This document shows, one piece after another, positions 19,042-29,023 of a stretch of DNA of 64,000 nucleotides. Below the pieces are notes generated by a model. The model ran no database searches. It was not told the origin of the DNA and saw only the letters and a list, made by a program, of their open reading frames with translations. This DNA is from an uncultured Bacteroidales bacterium (GTDB taxonomy: Bacteria; Bacteroidota; Bacteroidia; Bacteroidales; UBA3663). A program made the translations under genes and the position numbers. Numbering within the stretch: position 1 is the first letter of the stretch; every line of letters begins with the position of its first letter. Where the stretch lies: contig CAJOLH010000040.1 in assembly GCA_905235375.1 (NCBI GenBank), positions 9,028-73,027 of the forward strand, given 5' to 3'.

Positions 19042-21537
19042 TTACATTATAACTTCGACGACGTGTTTGCCTGGGGTCGCCTTGATGACATTGCCCTCAA
19101 TGACCTTGCCATCGACGGTAATGCAGCTGACGCCCTTCTGCTTGCCGTTGGGGTTCTTGAAGGTGATGTCGAATTCGATGCCGCGAAGTATTCGTTTCAC
19201 TTTGTACTCCTTGAGGTCGGCAGGAATGCAGGGGTCAATCTCGATGCCGTCGTAGGTCGGTTTGATGCCGAGGATGAACTGTGTGATGGTGTACCAGTTC
19301 CAGGCGGCAGTGCCCGTCAGCCAGGAGTTTTTGCCTTCACCAGGCTTGGCAGCATCCTTGCCTGCTACCATCTGGCAATAAACGTAAGGTTCGACCTTGT
19401 GCAGTGTTTGGTCTTTGATCCAGGCCGGGCAGATTTTGGTGTAGTGTTCCCAGGCATCGTTGCCACGACCTGCCACGGTTTCACCGATGATGACCCATGG
19501 ATTGTTGTGGCAGAAGATGCCCGCATTCTCCTTGTAGCCGGCAGGGTACGAACTGATTTCGCCCATCTCGACATGATAAGTGGTGTAGGCGGGATTGTTG
19601 AGCACCATGCCGTGTTCGCAGTCGAGGTATTGCTTGCAGGAATCGAGCGCTTTATCAACCATGCCATCTTCAAGGCCGATACCAGCCATGGTGCAGAAGC
19701 CCTGCGATTCGATGAAGATCTTGCCTTCCTCGTTTTCCTTCGAACCTATTTTATTGCCATAGAAGTCGTAGGCGCGCAGATACCATTCGCCATCCCAACC
19801 ATGCTGCTTGACGGCTTCGACCATCTCGTCGATGCATTGCTGTGCACGCTTGGCTTCGTCGAGCGCCTTGCCGCCGATGGCCTGGCAGAGTTCGACGTAT
19901 TGCTTGCCGCAGAAGACGAAGAGACCCGCTATCATCAGCGATTCGGCCTTTGAGCCTTCGGTCTTGTTCTCAGTGGTCTGGAATGACTCGTTGGGATCCC
20001 ATGAGAAGCAGTTGAGGTTAAGACAGTCGTTCCAATCAGCGCGGCCGATAAGGGGCAGACGGTGAGGACCGAGGTTTTCGACCACGTGATTGAACGAGAT
20101 GCGCAGGTGCTCCATCAAGGTGACTTCGGTGCCAGGCTGGTTGTCCCAAGGCACCATTTCGTCGAGGATGCCGAAGTCGCCCGTCTCCTTGATGTAGGCG
20201 ATGGTGCCGAAGATGAGCCACATCGGGTCGTCGTTGAAGCCGCCGCCGATGTCATTGTTGCCGCGTTTGGTGAGCGGCTGGTACTGATGGTAGCAACCGC
20301 CATCGGGGAACTGGGTGGATGCGATGTCGATGATGCGCTGGCGAGCTCGGCTGGGTACCTGATGCACAAAGCCCACCAGATCCTGGTTCGAATCGCGGAA
20401 GCCCATGCCTCGGCCCACACCACTCTCGAAGAACGAAGCCGAGCGTGAGAAGTTGAACGTGATCATACATTGGTATTGGTTCCAGATGTTGACCATTCGG
20501 TCCAGTCGCTCGTCGCCACTCCTGACCACATACTTGTCGAGCAGGTTGTCCCACATCGCACGAAGTTCCTCGAATGCGGCATCGACGGCTTCTGTGGTCG
20601 AGAATCTTTGGATGGTCTCGTGGGCTTTCCGCTTGTTGACCAGCGTCACGTCGTTATCCTGCGAGGTGATGAGTGTGCCGTTCCGTTTGCGTTCGATGTC
20701 CTCCTTCGAGAACTTCTCGTCCTGCTCGTTCTCGACATAGCCAAGCAGGAAGATGAAGTCTTTCGATTCGCCAGGCTGGAGCGTTACTTCGATGTAATGA
20801 CTTGCAATGGGTGACCAGCCATGGGCCAACGAATTTGCGGGACGTCCGGCCATGACGCATTGGGGAGCCTCAAAACCATTATAGAGTCCGACAAACGTTT
20901 CGCGGTCGGTATCGTAGCCTTGCACGGGAACGTTGACCGTGTAGTATGCATAGTGGTTGCGTCGTTCCTTGTATTCAGTCTTGTGGTAAATGGTCGATCC
21001 GTCAATCTCCACTTCGCCCGTTGACCAGTTGCGCTGGAAGTTCTCCATGTCGGTGGCAGCATTCCACAGGCACCATTCTGCCAGCGAGAAGAGTTTGAGA
21101 TGCTTAACTTCGGCACTTTGATTGGTGAGAGTGACCTTCTGCACTTCTGCCCAAGTCTTGAGCGGCACGAAGAAGAGCACGGAGGCCTTCACCCCGTTCT
21201 TCGAGCCGGTGATGCGGGTATAGTTCATGCCATGACGGCACTCGTAGCTGTCGAGGGGAGTCTTGCAGGGTTTCCATCCAGGGTTCCACACCGTGCCTCC
21301 GTCGTTGATGTAGAAGTAGCGTCCTCCATTGTCCATGGGCACACTGTTGTAGCGGTAGCGGGTGATGCGGCGGAACTTGGCATCCTTGTAGAAATTGTAG
21401 CCGCCCGCTGTGTTGGAGATGAGACCGAAGAAATCTTCGTTCCCGAGGTAGTTGATCCAAGGGAATGGTGTTGCGGGGTCGGTGATGACGTACTCGCGGT
21501 TGGTATCATCGAAGTGACCAAACACTTTAGTTTCCAT
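19042..21537 (-). CDS. GH94 cellobiose (beta-1,4-glucan/mannan disaccharide) phosphorylase
   Basis: 831 aa. N-terminus [27 protein letters not shown], then [39 protein letters not shown] and [10 protein letters not shown]. This closely resembles my recollection of cellobiose phosphorylases. Confidence 0.9.
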   Translation of the reverse strand: METKVFGHFDDTNREYVITDPATPFPWINYLGNEDFFGLISNTAGGYNFYKDAKFRRITRYRYNSVPMDNGGRYFYINDGGTVWNPGWKPCKTPLDSYECRHGMNYTRITGSKNGVKASVLFFVPLKTWAEVQKVTLTNQSAEVKHLKLFSLAEWCLWNAATDMENFQRNWSTGEVEIDGSTIYHKTEYKERRNHYAYYTVNVPVQGYDTDRETFVGLYNGFEAPQCVMAGRPANSLAHGWSPIASHYIEVTLQPGESKDFIFLLGYVENEQDEKFSKEDIERKRNGTLITSQDNDVTLVNKRKAHETIQRFSTTEAVDAAFEELRAMWDNLLDKYVVRSGDERLDRMVNIWNQYQCMITFNFSRSASFFESGVGRGMGFRDSNQDLVGFVHQVPSRARQRIIDIASTQFPDGGCYHQYQPLTKRGNNDIGGGFNDDPMWLIFGTIAYIKETGDFGILDEMVPWDNQPGTEVTLMEHLRISFNHVVENLGPHRLPLIGRADWNDCLNLNCFSWDPNESFQTTENKTEGSKAESLMIAGLFVFCGKQYVELCQAIGGKALDEAKRAQQCIDEMVEAVKQHGWDGEWYLRAYDFYGNKIGSKENEEGKIFIESQGFCTMAGIGLEDGMVDKALDSCKQYLDCEHGMVLNNPAYTTYHVEMGEISSYPAGYKENAGIFCHNNPWVIIGETVAGRGNDAWEHYTKICPAWIKDQTLHKVEPYVYCQMVAGKDAAKPGEGKNSWLTGTAAWNWYTITQFILGIKPTYDGIEIDPCIPADLKEYKVKRILRGIEFDITFKNPNGKQKGVSCITVDGKVIEGNVIKATPGKHVVEVIM

Positions 21538-21617
21538 TGCAAAGTATAATAGATTAGAATTGGCTCAGGAGTTTCGACTTCATAGGGGAAACTCCTGAGT
21601 GTAAAAAGAATGATATG

Positions 21618-23420
21618 TTACTTGAGCATGTCACGCGTAATGACATGGGGGCTGTTTATGACATTCTGCCACCATTCTATCGGAGCATAGGCTGTGCCTT
21701 CTCCCTCATACCATGGCATGAACCACGACCAAGTGGCACCTGCCTCCATCTGGGCACCAGCATCGGCCACATCGCCACACTCCGAGAGGGTCACCATCTT
21801 GTTGGGATAGGTATATTGCAGCTGCTTATGGATGCTGTTGATGCTTGCTGCATCATGTTCGCCGTAGATGTCCACGCCTACGATATCAACGTATGCATCG
21901 CCAGGATACCATCGGGGATCAATGGCAGTCGGGATGTCGGTCCAAACCCAGATGAGGTTGTTGACGCCTTGCGCCTTCATGTAGTCGTACATGGTAACCC
22001 AAAGCTGCTTGCAAACCTCAGGTCCCTCTTTGCCCCACCAGAACCAGGCTCCTGTGCCTGCCTGATAGACATCGTAGTTGCCCTTGGCCTCATGGAAGGG
22101 ACGCCAGATGACGGCAATACCCATTTCTTGCATCGTCTTGAGGTAACCGGCCACCTTGGCAAGGTCTTCGCTCCAAACCTTGTTCTCCCAGGTACCTTCG
22201 ACGAGGCAGTTGCTCGGCATGAAGGTTGTTTCGTCAGGGCGTGCTGTATATTGGATGTTGGCCTTGGGTGCACGTTGGGGTGCAGCAGCCTTTGACGACA
22301 GGGTAACGCCCGTGAGCGTGTAGTCGTGGCCTGAGATAATGAGACCATTGGCTTGGATGGCTGCAAGGAGTGTGGCATCGAGAGTGATGGAGAAGTCGCC
22401 TGTGATGTCGAAGTATTCATACGAAGTGCCATTGCCATCGACGAGGCCGCCCCATGTGCTGCCGTCCTTGAACGAACCCTGTGCGCCTGCTGCCACGTCC
22501 TTGGTGAGAGCAGTGATGACGTCACCTTCCTTGGCATTGCTTAACGCTGTAGCTTCAATCTTATACCATCCCGACCAGTCGGAGGGCATTACCTTCTCTT
22601 CATTTGCAAGAACAGTCTCGTCTTCTCCAGGCTGTGGAGTAGGTTCGACTTCTGGTTCTTCAGAAGGTACGTTCCAGTGCCACATGGCAGCCACGATGCC
22701 ACCTCCATTGTGCCAATCGGACACTGGGGTCATGTCGGAATAGTTGATCCATGTGCCATCGAAAGGCAAATGAATGAAGTCGTAGCAGTTGATGGCTGGG
22801 TATTTGCCAGTCCAACGATAGACCTGTTCGGCATTATCGTTGTTCCAGTTGACGTTGGCCATCGTGCCCGACAGAATCTTCTGCCCGTAGTAGCCGAGCA
22901 GGGTCTGGTAAAGCGACTTGGCCTCATTAGTAGCATTCGCGTTAACAAGAGAGGTGGCTGGTGAGACATTGATTGAAGTCCATGTGATGGTGATGTCCTG
23001 TTCGTTAGCCTTCTTGCTTGGACCATAAACGATTCCGGCAGGAATTGTGAGGACAAGTTCTGAGACTGCTGGTGCCGTAAATTCGATGTTGAGAATATTG
23101 CTGGCGCCATAGACCACAGCATTGTTGACAGGATTACCATTGAGCAGGATTCGGTCTTTGGTCGAAGTGGCAAAGCCGATGTTCTCGTCAAACATAATTG
23201 CTACAGAGTGAGTGCCAGGATAAAGTTGCAGGCCCGTGGCAAGCGTGTTGCTCGATGTGGTCAAAGTGTCAGTTTGGTTGCAGATGATACCAGTGAAAGT
23301 GGGAGCTGGCGAATCTGCGACAGTATATTGTGCGTCGGTGTCCATGCAGGCTGTCCATCCGAAGAGGACAGCCGATGCACAGAGGACGGGGAGAATCTTG
23401 ATAGTTTTCATAACATTCAC
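21618..23420 (-). CDS. Surface GH26 beta-mannanase lipoprotein with an N-terminal Ig-like domain and a nested CBM-like insertion
   Basis: Lipobox FGWTAC. GH26 motifs AAMWHW and VIWRPFHEAKG...GAWFWWG are separated by about 135 aa flanked by a P/E-rich linker (about 22257-22664). Confidence 0.8.
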   Translation of the reverse strand: MNVMKTIKILPVLCASAVLFGWTACMDTDAQYTVADSPAPTFTGIICNQTDTLTTSSNTLATGLQLYPGTHSVAIMFDENIGFATSTKDRILLNGNPVNNAVVYGASNILNIEFTAPAVSELVLTIPAGIVYGPSKKANEQDITITWTSINVSPATSLVNANATNEAKSLYQTLLGYYGQKILSGTMANVNWNNDNAEQVYRWTGKYPAINCYDFIHLPFDGTWINYSDMTPVSDWHNGGGIVAAMWHWNVPSEEPEVEPTPQPGEDETVLANEEKVMPSDWSGWYKIEATALSNAKEGDVITALTKDVAAGAQGSFKDGSTWGGLVDGNGTSYEYFDITGDFSITLDATLLAAIQANGLIISGHDYTLTGVTLSSKAAAPQRAPKANIQYTARPDETTFMPSNCLVEGTWENKVWSEDLAKVAGYLKTMQEMGIAVIWRPFHEAKGNYDVYQAGTGAWFWWGKEGPEVCKQLWVTMYDYMKAQGVNNLIWVWTDIPTAIDPRWYPGDAYVDIVGVDIYGEHDAASINSIHKQLQYTYPNKMVTLSECGDVADAGAQMEAGATWSWFMPWYEGEGTAYAPIEWWQNVINSPHVITRDMLK

Positions 23421-23433
23421 AATCTATATGAAA

Positions 23434-25791
23434 TTATTCGACAGTGATTTTGGTGATGATTGTGCGGGTTCCGTTAGCCAGGAATACGCCGCCCCAATAC
23501 TGCACGGAATAGGCAGCGTCGAGCATTTCTTGGGTGAGCGTGAAAGAGACAGCACCATTGTTGGCGGCAAGATCCCAGTTATCGTAGGCGAAACTTGCAT
23601 AGGTGGGACCCCAGTGGCCCTCGACAATTTGCAGCTCCCATTCATCGGCCATCGGAGTGACATAGAAACGGATGGTTTGTCCGGCCTTGGCATCTGCCTC
23701 GGCAAGTTCGGCACCTCCGTCGCTGAGGAAGGTAGGCTGATTGGTCCAGTTGTCGGCCACAGCTTCGCCCTTCCAGAGCACGGTTTCGAGGCTGATGGTG
23801 CGCTTCACGTCAATCTTATTGACGATAAGTCCTTCACCCTGAATAATCCAGCAGTAGCCCCAGTCGGTAAGGGTGGTGAGTTGTTCGGCCAAGGTCGGAG
23901 TAACAGGTATCTCGATATAACCTTCGCTGAGGTCATAGATGCCAGAGTTGATGTTGTTTCCGTTGTTGAGTCCGGTGGCTACGCCAATCTCGCTCTGGCC
24001 GCCCCAATGTCCGTCGTAGAACTGTATCTGCCACCAGTCGTTGAAGTTGGTAGCCCAGATGCGGATCACGTCACCTGCCTGCAGTCCCATATCGGCAAAG
24101 GCGGTGGCACTTTCGCCCGTTGATTGTACATTTTCGCCAAACTGCCAGTTGAAGCTCCAGGCATCGAGTTTGACAGCGCCAGTCCAGATGACAAAGGTCT
24201 GTTCGGTGTTGGGGATGACGCTCAGTGCATATTCTACCTCTCCGTTCGAAGAGATGAGTTTCAGGACGGACGAACGACCTGCATTTTCAGGGATGCGGAT
24301 ATAAAGTTCGTCATCGACGAAGATGTATTGACAGTCGATGCCATCGATTTGCACGCCGATGAGCTTGTCTCCATTGACTACGGCCACACTGAACATTTTG
24401 CCAGCCTTGAGTTCAACGTCCTCGCCTGGCATTTCGGGGATAAAACAGAAGACAGGAGAATCGACATCAAGATTTCCGAACTCGACGGTTTCACCATTGC
24501 TCATGGTGATACCGAGCACACCTGTAACTGCAGTCACGGGAACAACAACCACCAGTTCAGCCTCCGATTGCGAGATGAAGCTGTTGACCTCACAGTTCTC
24601 GGCAAAAGTAATTTGACTGATGAGGTCGAGGTTCTTGCCCACGATATTGAGGATGCTTCCTGCCGAAATTGTTGAAGGATTGTAGGAGATGAGTTCGGGC
24701 TTGGCTGTTTCGATGGCTACCGACTGTGTTGCACCGCTTTTGCATATCAACACGAGGTCACCGCTTTGTGTGCCTTCGGGAACAGTAAGCATCAGCGAGG
24801 TGGCACTTTGCTCTTCGGGAGCGACAGGGTTTTCCACGCCTGGGAAGGTGGCTCCGCTCACTACGTCGAGGTCCTTGCCTGTGATGGTGATCTTCTGTCC
24901 GCTACGCAGACCCGTTGCAGGTGTCGCAACGATTTCGGTAGGTACTTGCATGCCGATGTAAGCAATGACTACCTCCACATCAGAAGCAGGATAGACAGAG
25001 ATGGTGGCTGCATCAGGAGTGTTGTCGGGAAGGACAAACGAAATCTCAGTGGCTTCACTGTTGATGGAGAACTTGGTCTCGGTCTCAGCCACGGTAAGAC
25101 GCCTTACGAGGTCGAAATCAGTGCCTTTGAGGGTGATGGCATCACCAGGTTTCTTGCCGGTAAGGTTGGTAATTTCGGCGATAGCAGGCAGGGTGACGAT
25201 GAGGTTCTCCTCACTTTCAACGACCTGTTCGCCGTCGCTGACGGCCACACGTCCCGTCTGTGCCGTTTCGGGCACGTAGAGGGCAATCTTATAGCGCGAA
25301 TGCTCCTGGAACTGATCTTCGAAGATGGTGTCACCCACGGCGAAGACAACTGCGTTCATGAGGTTGAGGTAGTCTCCCTCAATGGTGAGCAGGTCGCCCG
25401 CTTTGACTTTTGCAGGCGTGAGTTTGTCGATGCTGATGGGTTCGGTATAAGTGATGTCACTCTCGGTGAATAGGCTTCCACCTGCGTACTTGAGTTCGAT
25501 ACGGCCAACTTCCGGTCCGTCCTTGGGAACGGTGACCATGATGCTGTTTTCGCTGATGACGTTGATTTCATTCACAACAACATTGCCTGGGAAAACAACA
25601 CTGGTGATTTGATTAAGGCCGTTGCCCACGAAGCGGATCTGTCCGCCACGGGCTACAGGACTGGGGCCGAATGCGTTGAGCGAGACGCCTCCCTTGTATT
25701 GATTGGTGTCGAGTTGGTTGTCCTCCGAACAGGAGACTGCCGTGAACAGCAATGTGCAGAGGGCTGTCAGAACATATAGTAGTTTTTTCAT
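23434..25791 (-). CDS. Surface glycan-binding lipoprotein (SusE/F-position) with multiple IPT/TIG-like Ig repeats and two C-terminal Trp-rich CBM-like modules
   Basis: Lipobox FTAVSC. Repeated modules of about 80 aa (…GDLLTIEGDYL…, …GDAITLKGTDF…, …GQKITITGKDL…, …GSILNIVGKNL…). Lies downstream of SusD. Confidence 0.7.
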   Translation of the reverse strand: MKKLLYVLTALCTLLFTAVSCSEDNQLDTNQYKGGVSLNAFGPSPVARGGQIRFVGNGLNQITSVVFPGNVVVNEINVISENSIMVTVPKDGPEVGRIELKYAGGSLFTESDITYTEPISIDKLTPAKVKAGDLLTIEGDYLNLMNAVVFAVGDTIFEDQFQEHSRYKIALYVPETAQTGRVAVSDGEQVVESEENLIVTLPAIAEITNLTGKKPGDAITLKGTDFDLVRRLTVAETETKFSINSEATEISFVLPDNTPDAATISVYPASDVEVVIAYIGMQVPTEIVATPATGLRSGQKITITGKDLDVVSGATFPGVENPVAPEEQSATSLMLTVPEGTQSGDLVLICKSGATQSVAIETAKPELISYNPSTISAGSILNIVGKNLDLISQITFAENCEVNSFISQSEAELVVVVPVTAVTGVLGITMSNGETVEFGNLDVDSPVFCFIPEMPGEDVELKAGKMFSVAVVNGDKLIGVQIDGIDCQYIFVDDELYIRIPENAGRSSVLKLISSNGEVEYALSVIPNTEQTFVIWTGAVKLDAWSFNWQFGENVQSTGESATAFADMGLQAGDVIRIWATNFNDWWQIQFYDGHWGGQSEIGVATGLNNGNNINSGIYDLSEGYIEIPVTPTLAEQLTTLTDWGYCWIIQGEGLIVNKIDVKRTISLETVLWKGEAVADNWTNQPTFLSDGGAELAEADAKAGQTIRFYVTPMADEWELQIVEGHWGPTYASFAYDNWDLAANNGAVSFTLTQEMLDAAYSVQYWGGVFLANGTRTIITKITVE

Positions 25792-25806
25792 AATACTTGT
25801 GCTTTA

Positions 25807-27195
25807 TTAGTTCGGTACGACACGGATATTGTCAATCTTCATGATAGGTGTGCAGTCGGTGCCGGCCACGCCACCTGCTGAAACGAAGAGTTCCAGGTTA
25901 GCAAACGAATCGGCATTGAGGCTGCCTGATGCTGCGCTGCCATCCCAGTAGTAGATGAACTGTGAGGCGATAGGTATCGAAACGGTGATCCACTTGTCAC
26001 CCGTATCGAAGGAACCGGTGCTGGTCCAGGGACGGTAGAGGGCGCGTGGCAGAGAGATGGCATCGTCGTGGAAGTAGGTGTTGTTGCAACCGGCAAGTTT
26101 GTTGCCATAGATGTCGGTGGCTCCAGCATTTCCGTTTGAGATAAGGTCAACACCCGAGAAGATGATTTGCATTGCGCAGGCGCTCCAGGGATAATCTGAA
26201 GGGATGAACAATTCGAACTTGACTGTCATGTTGGCATAGTCGGTGAAGTCAACCACATCGTTCAGACGTACGCAGTCGTCGGATGCATAGGTCTCGGGAT
26301 CAGCCCAGTTGCCTGCCCAGTATTCGAAATGGAAGTGCGAATCATCCCAAGTGTCGCCGCTGCCTGCAAGAGCTGCATCGCCCGTGCCGAACTGCAGGAA
26401 GTTGCCTTTGATAGACGTTTCGTCGGTGGTGATGGTCTGGGCATGCCAGCCATGGTTCGAGCGAGCGATTTCGTCGAAGTCGAAGAGCATGCCTCGTGTG
26501 TCGAGATAGCGGAACGAGGAAACCGTTGTGCCGTAGATGGAAGTCATGGAAACAGCACCTTCGGCAGCACCTTCGGGAACGATAACTACACACGAGGTGT
26601 AGTCTTCGGCAATGGACTTGATGTGGGCCGGGATTTCTTTGCCGCTCTCATCACGGAACGTGACGGTCAGAGGTACATTGGGATCATCGACCATGTAGTT
26701 GCCAGTGAAGACTACCTCGTCGCCGACGGCAGCATACTCACAGCTCATGGCCGAAAGTTGTGGGGCAGGGATAACCACCGAGAAGTCATAACTGATGGTA
26801 TCCTGATTCTTGGTGATCATGTAGATCTTGTCGGTCACCAAAGAAGGAACGGAACTTGGCACCGAAACGATGAGTGTATTGTCGGTGATATAGCTCGAGT
26901 TGAGGATGGCCTTCTTGTCGTTGAAGTACATCTCATAGACTGAGCGCAGGTTAGAGCCCACGAGGCAGAGCACGGCTTGGGGTGAGGCACTGGTGACGAG
27001 TTGTCCGTTGGTGTAAACGGTGTTCTCGTCATCGTTGTTGCCCTTGATTTCGCTCGAAAGGCAGCGGATGTAATCGACGGTAGGCGTACCTCCTGCTACT
27101 TCGTAGGCATCCGGGGTGTCGTCGCAGCTGCTCATTGCAAGGAGGGCAGCCGAGCCGATGAGACCCCATAAGATGGATTTATATTGTGTATTCAT
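25807..27195 (-). CDS. Surface glycan-binding lipoprotein (IPT/TIG-like N-terminal domains plus a C-terminal beta-sandwich)
   Basis: Lipobox LAMSSC, Ig-like repeats, and a position immediately after SusD. Confidence 0.65.
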   Translation of the reverse strand: MNTQYKSILWGLIGSAALLAMSSCDDTPDAYEVAGGTPTVDYIRCLSSEIKGNNDDENTVYTNGQLVTSASPQAVLCLVGSNLRSVYEMYFNDKKAILNSSYITDNTLIVSVPSSVPSLVTDKIYMITKNQDTISYDFSVVIPAPQLSAMSCEYAAVGDEVVFTGNYMVDDPNVPLTVTFRDESGKEIPAHIKSIAEDYTSCVVIVPEGAAEGAVSMTSIYGTTVSSFRYLDTRGMLFDFDEIARSNHGWHAQTITTDETSIKGNFLQFGTGDAALAGSGDTWDDSHFHFEYWAGNWADPETYASDDCVRLNDVVDFTDYANMTVKFELFIPSDYPWSACAMQIIFSGVDLISNGNAGATDIYGNKLAGCNNTYFHDDAISLPRALYRPWTSTGSFDTGDKWITVSIPIASQFIYYWDGSAASGSLNADSFANLELFVSAGGVAGTDCTPIMKIDNIRVVPN

Positions 27196-27217
27196 TGTCT
27201 TATTTCTTTATCAATGA

Positions 27218-28996
27218 CTATTCGTAAGAGTAGGTGTTGCGAATGTCCACATGCTGGCCATCCACGTTGGAGCCCAGATTGGGATTGAAGGTCACATCTT
27301 CGGTTGGGAAAGGCAGATAGAAATAGTTCTTGCCCGTATCGGGATCACGCCTCATTAGGCCTTCGACGTAAGGTTCGGCTGTGTTTTCGTCATAGCCCAT
27401 GCTGGTAGTGACGTTCCAGCTGCCATTGCTGTAATAGCCCGAGTAGAGGTCATCGAGGCCCCACATCGAATTGCGTTTCTGTCCCTTGAGTTGGCTGATG
27501 GCAAAGTCGGGATTCCAGTAGCTGACGCGCACAAAGTCGTACCAGCGGTCGCCTTCGAGGGCAAACTCCAGACGACGCTCTTTCCAGATGTCCATCCAAC
27601 TGAAACTTGTGACGGGCGTAGCAGAAGGAACGGCGCGCTGATGCACGGCGTTGAAGCATTCCACGGCCTTAGGGTCGGAGGTCGTGGCATCGATGCCCTG
27701 CGAAGCGGGAAGCTTGGCTTCGGCATAGATGAGATAAACTTCCGACAGACGGAGAATGTGGGTGGCCAAGGAGTTGTACATGTAGGCGGCAGAATGACCG
27801 GCACCCTGCTGATGGTCGTAGGCATCGCCATAAAGGTGCTTCGCGACGTTGGCACCGGTAGATGATGCGAGTTCACCACGACAGCTGGCATAGAAGGTGT
27901 CGTCGTAGATGAAGCGCAGGTAGTCAAATCCGCCCTTATCCTGCCAGAAGTAATCATACTTGAAGCCTGGCAGCATCATCGTAGCCTTCAGTCGGGTGTC
28001 GGTTGAATTGATCCAAGAGTCGGGAGTCTGCTCCAGAAGCTTCACGCCAAAGGCCTCCTGCAGGTCAACCGAGGGGGAAGTCCAGTCGCCCCAGCAGTCG
28101 CCAAATTCGTCAAAGCCTGTCATGCCCAGGTCCGACTGCAGGGTGTTCTGTGCGGTCCAGACGTTTCCGTTGGCTGTCCAACGCCATGCATAGAGGCTTT
28201 CCTGGCATTTGTTGTTGGCCAGGCGATAGATGTCGCTGAAGTTCTCCATGAGTGAGCGACCAGAGTTCTCGATGACGTGGAGGGCGTGTGCGGCGGCTTG
28301 GTCGAGGTAACCCTGATTGAGCTCACCCGAAATGCCGGCCATCGACAGGTAGGTCTTTGCCAACAAGGCCTCGGCACAATAGCGGTCGATACGGCCTGGT
28401 GCATTGGTTTCAGGAAGAAGTTCCATCGCCTTCTCGAGCGTAAGGAGGATGTACTCATAGACATCGGCGCGCTTTACCTTGGGATAGGTGTTGTAGTCGC
28501 CGGCATTGAGCGACTCGGCATTGTTGTGCACGATAGGTACTTCGCCAAAATTGCGCACGAGGTAGAAGTACGCCATGGCTTTCCAGGCGAGGCATTCGCC
28601 CATACATTGTTTGCGTACACTCTCGGAGATGTTGCCCGACGAGGCCTTGATGCTGTTATAGACCGTGTTGCTGTGACCGATGACAGCCCAAAGGGAATAG
28701 GACATATTGATGAGGTCTTCGTCGGAGCCATTGACCGTGAATTTGAGATAGGGACTGTTGCCCATATAGAGGTTGCCCGAAAGACCTTCACCTACCTTGA
28801 AGAAGCCACGCTGAAAATCATACCAGGGAGAGTTGTACAGATAGTTGACACCAGCAATGCACTGGTCGTCGGTCTGATAATAGTTGTCGGCGTTGTAGGC
28901 GTCCTTGGTCGGCTTGTCAAGGAAGTCATCGCACGATGACATTACTCCTATGATCAAGGCAGCCAATGCTATATATTTATTTAATGTATATTTCAT
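27218..28996 (-). CDS. SusD/RagB-family outer-membrane lipoprotein (PUL 1)
   Basis: Preferred start MKYTLNKYIALAALIIGVMSSCDD (ATG 28996). TPR-like SusD pattern and C-terminal ...RNTYSYE. Immediately downstream of SusC. Confidence 0.9.
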   Translation of the reverse strand: MKYTLNKYIALAALIIGVMSSCDDFLDKPTKDAYNADNYYQTDDQCIAGVNYLYNSPWYDFQRGFFKVGEGLSGNLYMGNSPYLKFTVNGSDEDLINMSYSLWAVIGHSNTVYNSIKASSGNISESVRKQCMGECLAWKAMAYFYLVRNFGEVPIVHNNAESLNAGDYNTYPKVKRADVYEYILLTLEKAMELLPETNAPGRIDRYCAEALLAKTYLSMAGISGELNQGYLDQAAAHALHVIENSGRSLMENFSDIYRLANNKCQESLYAWRWTANGNVWTAQNTLQSDLGMTGFDEFGDCWGDWTSPSVDLQEAFGVKLLEQTPDSWINSTDTRLKATMMLPGFKYDYFWQDKGGFDYLRFIYDDTFYASCRGELASSTGANVAKHLYGDAYDHQQGAGHSAAYMYNSLATHILRLSEVYLIYAEAKLPASQGIDATTSDPKAVECFNAVHQRAVPSATPVTSFSWMDIWKERRLEFALEGDRWYDFVRVSYWNPDFAISQLKGQKRNSMWGLDDLYSGYYSNGSWNVTTSMGYDENTAEPYVEGLMRRDPDTGKNYFYLPFPTEDVTFNPNLGSNVDGQHVDIRNTYSYE

Positions 28997-29023
28997 AATA
29001 CGATGTGTTTTGTATTGATACAT

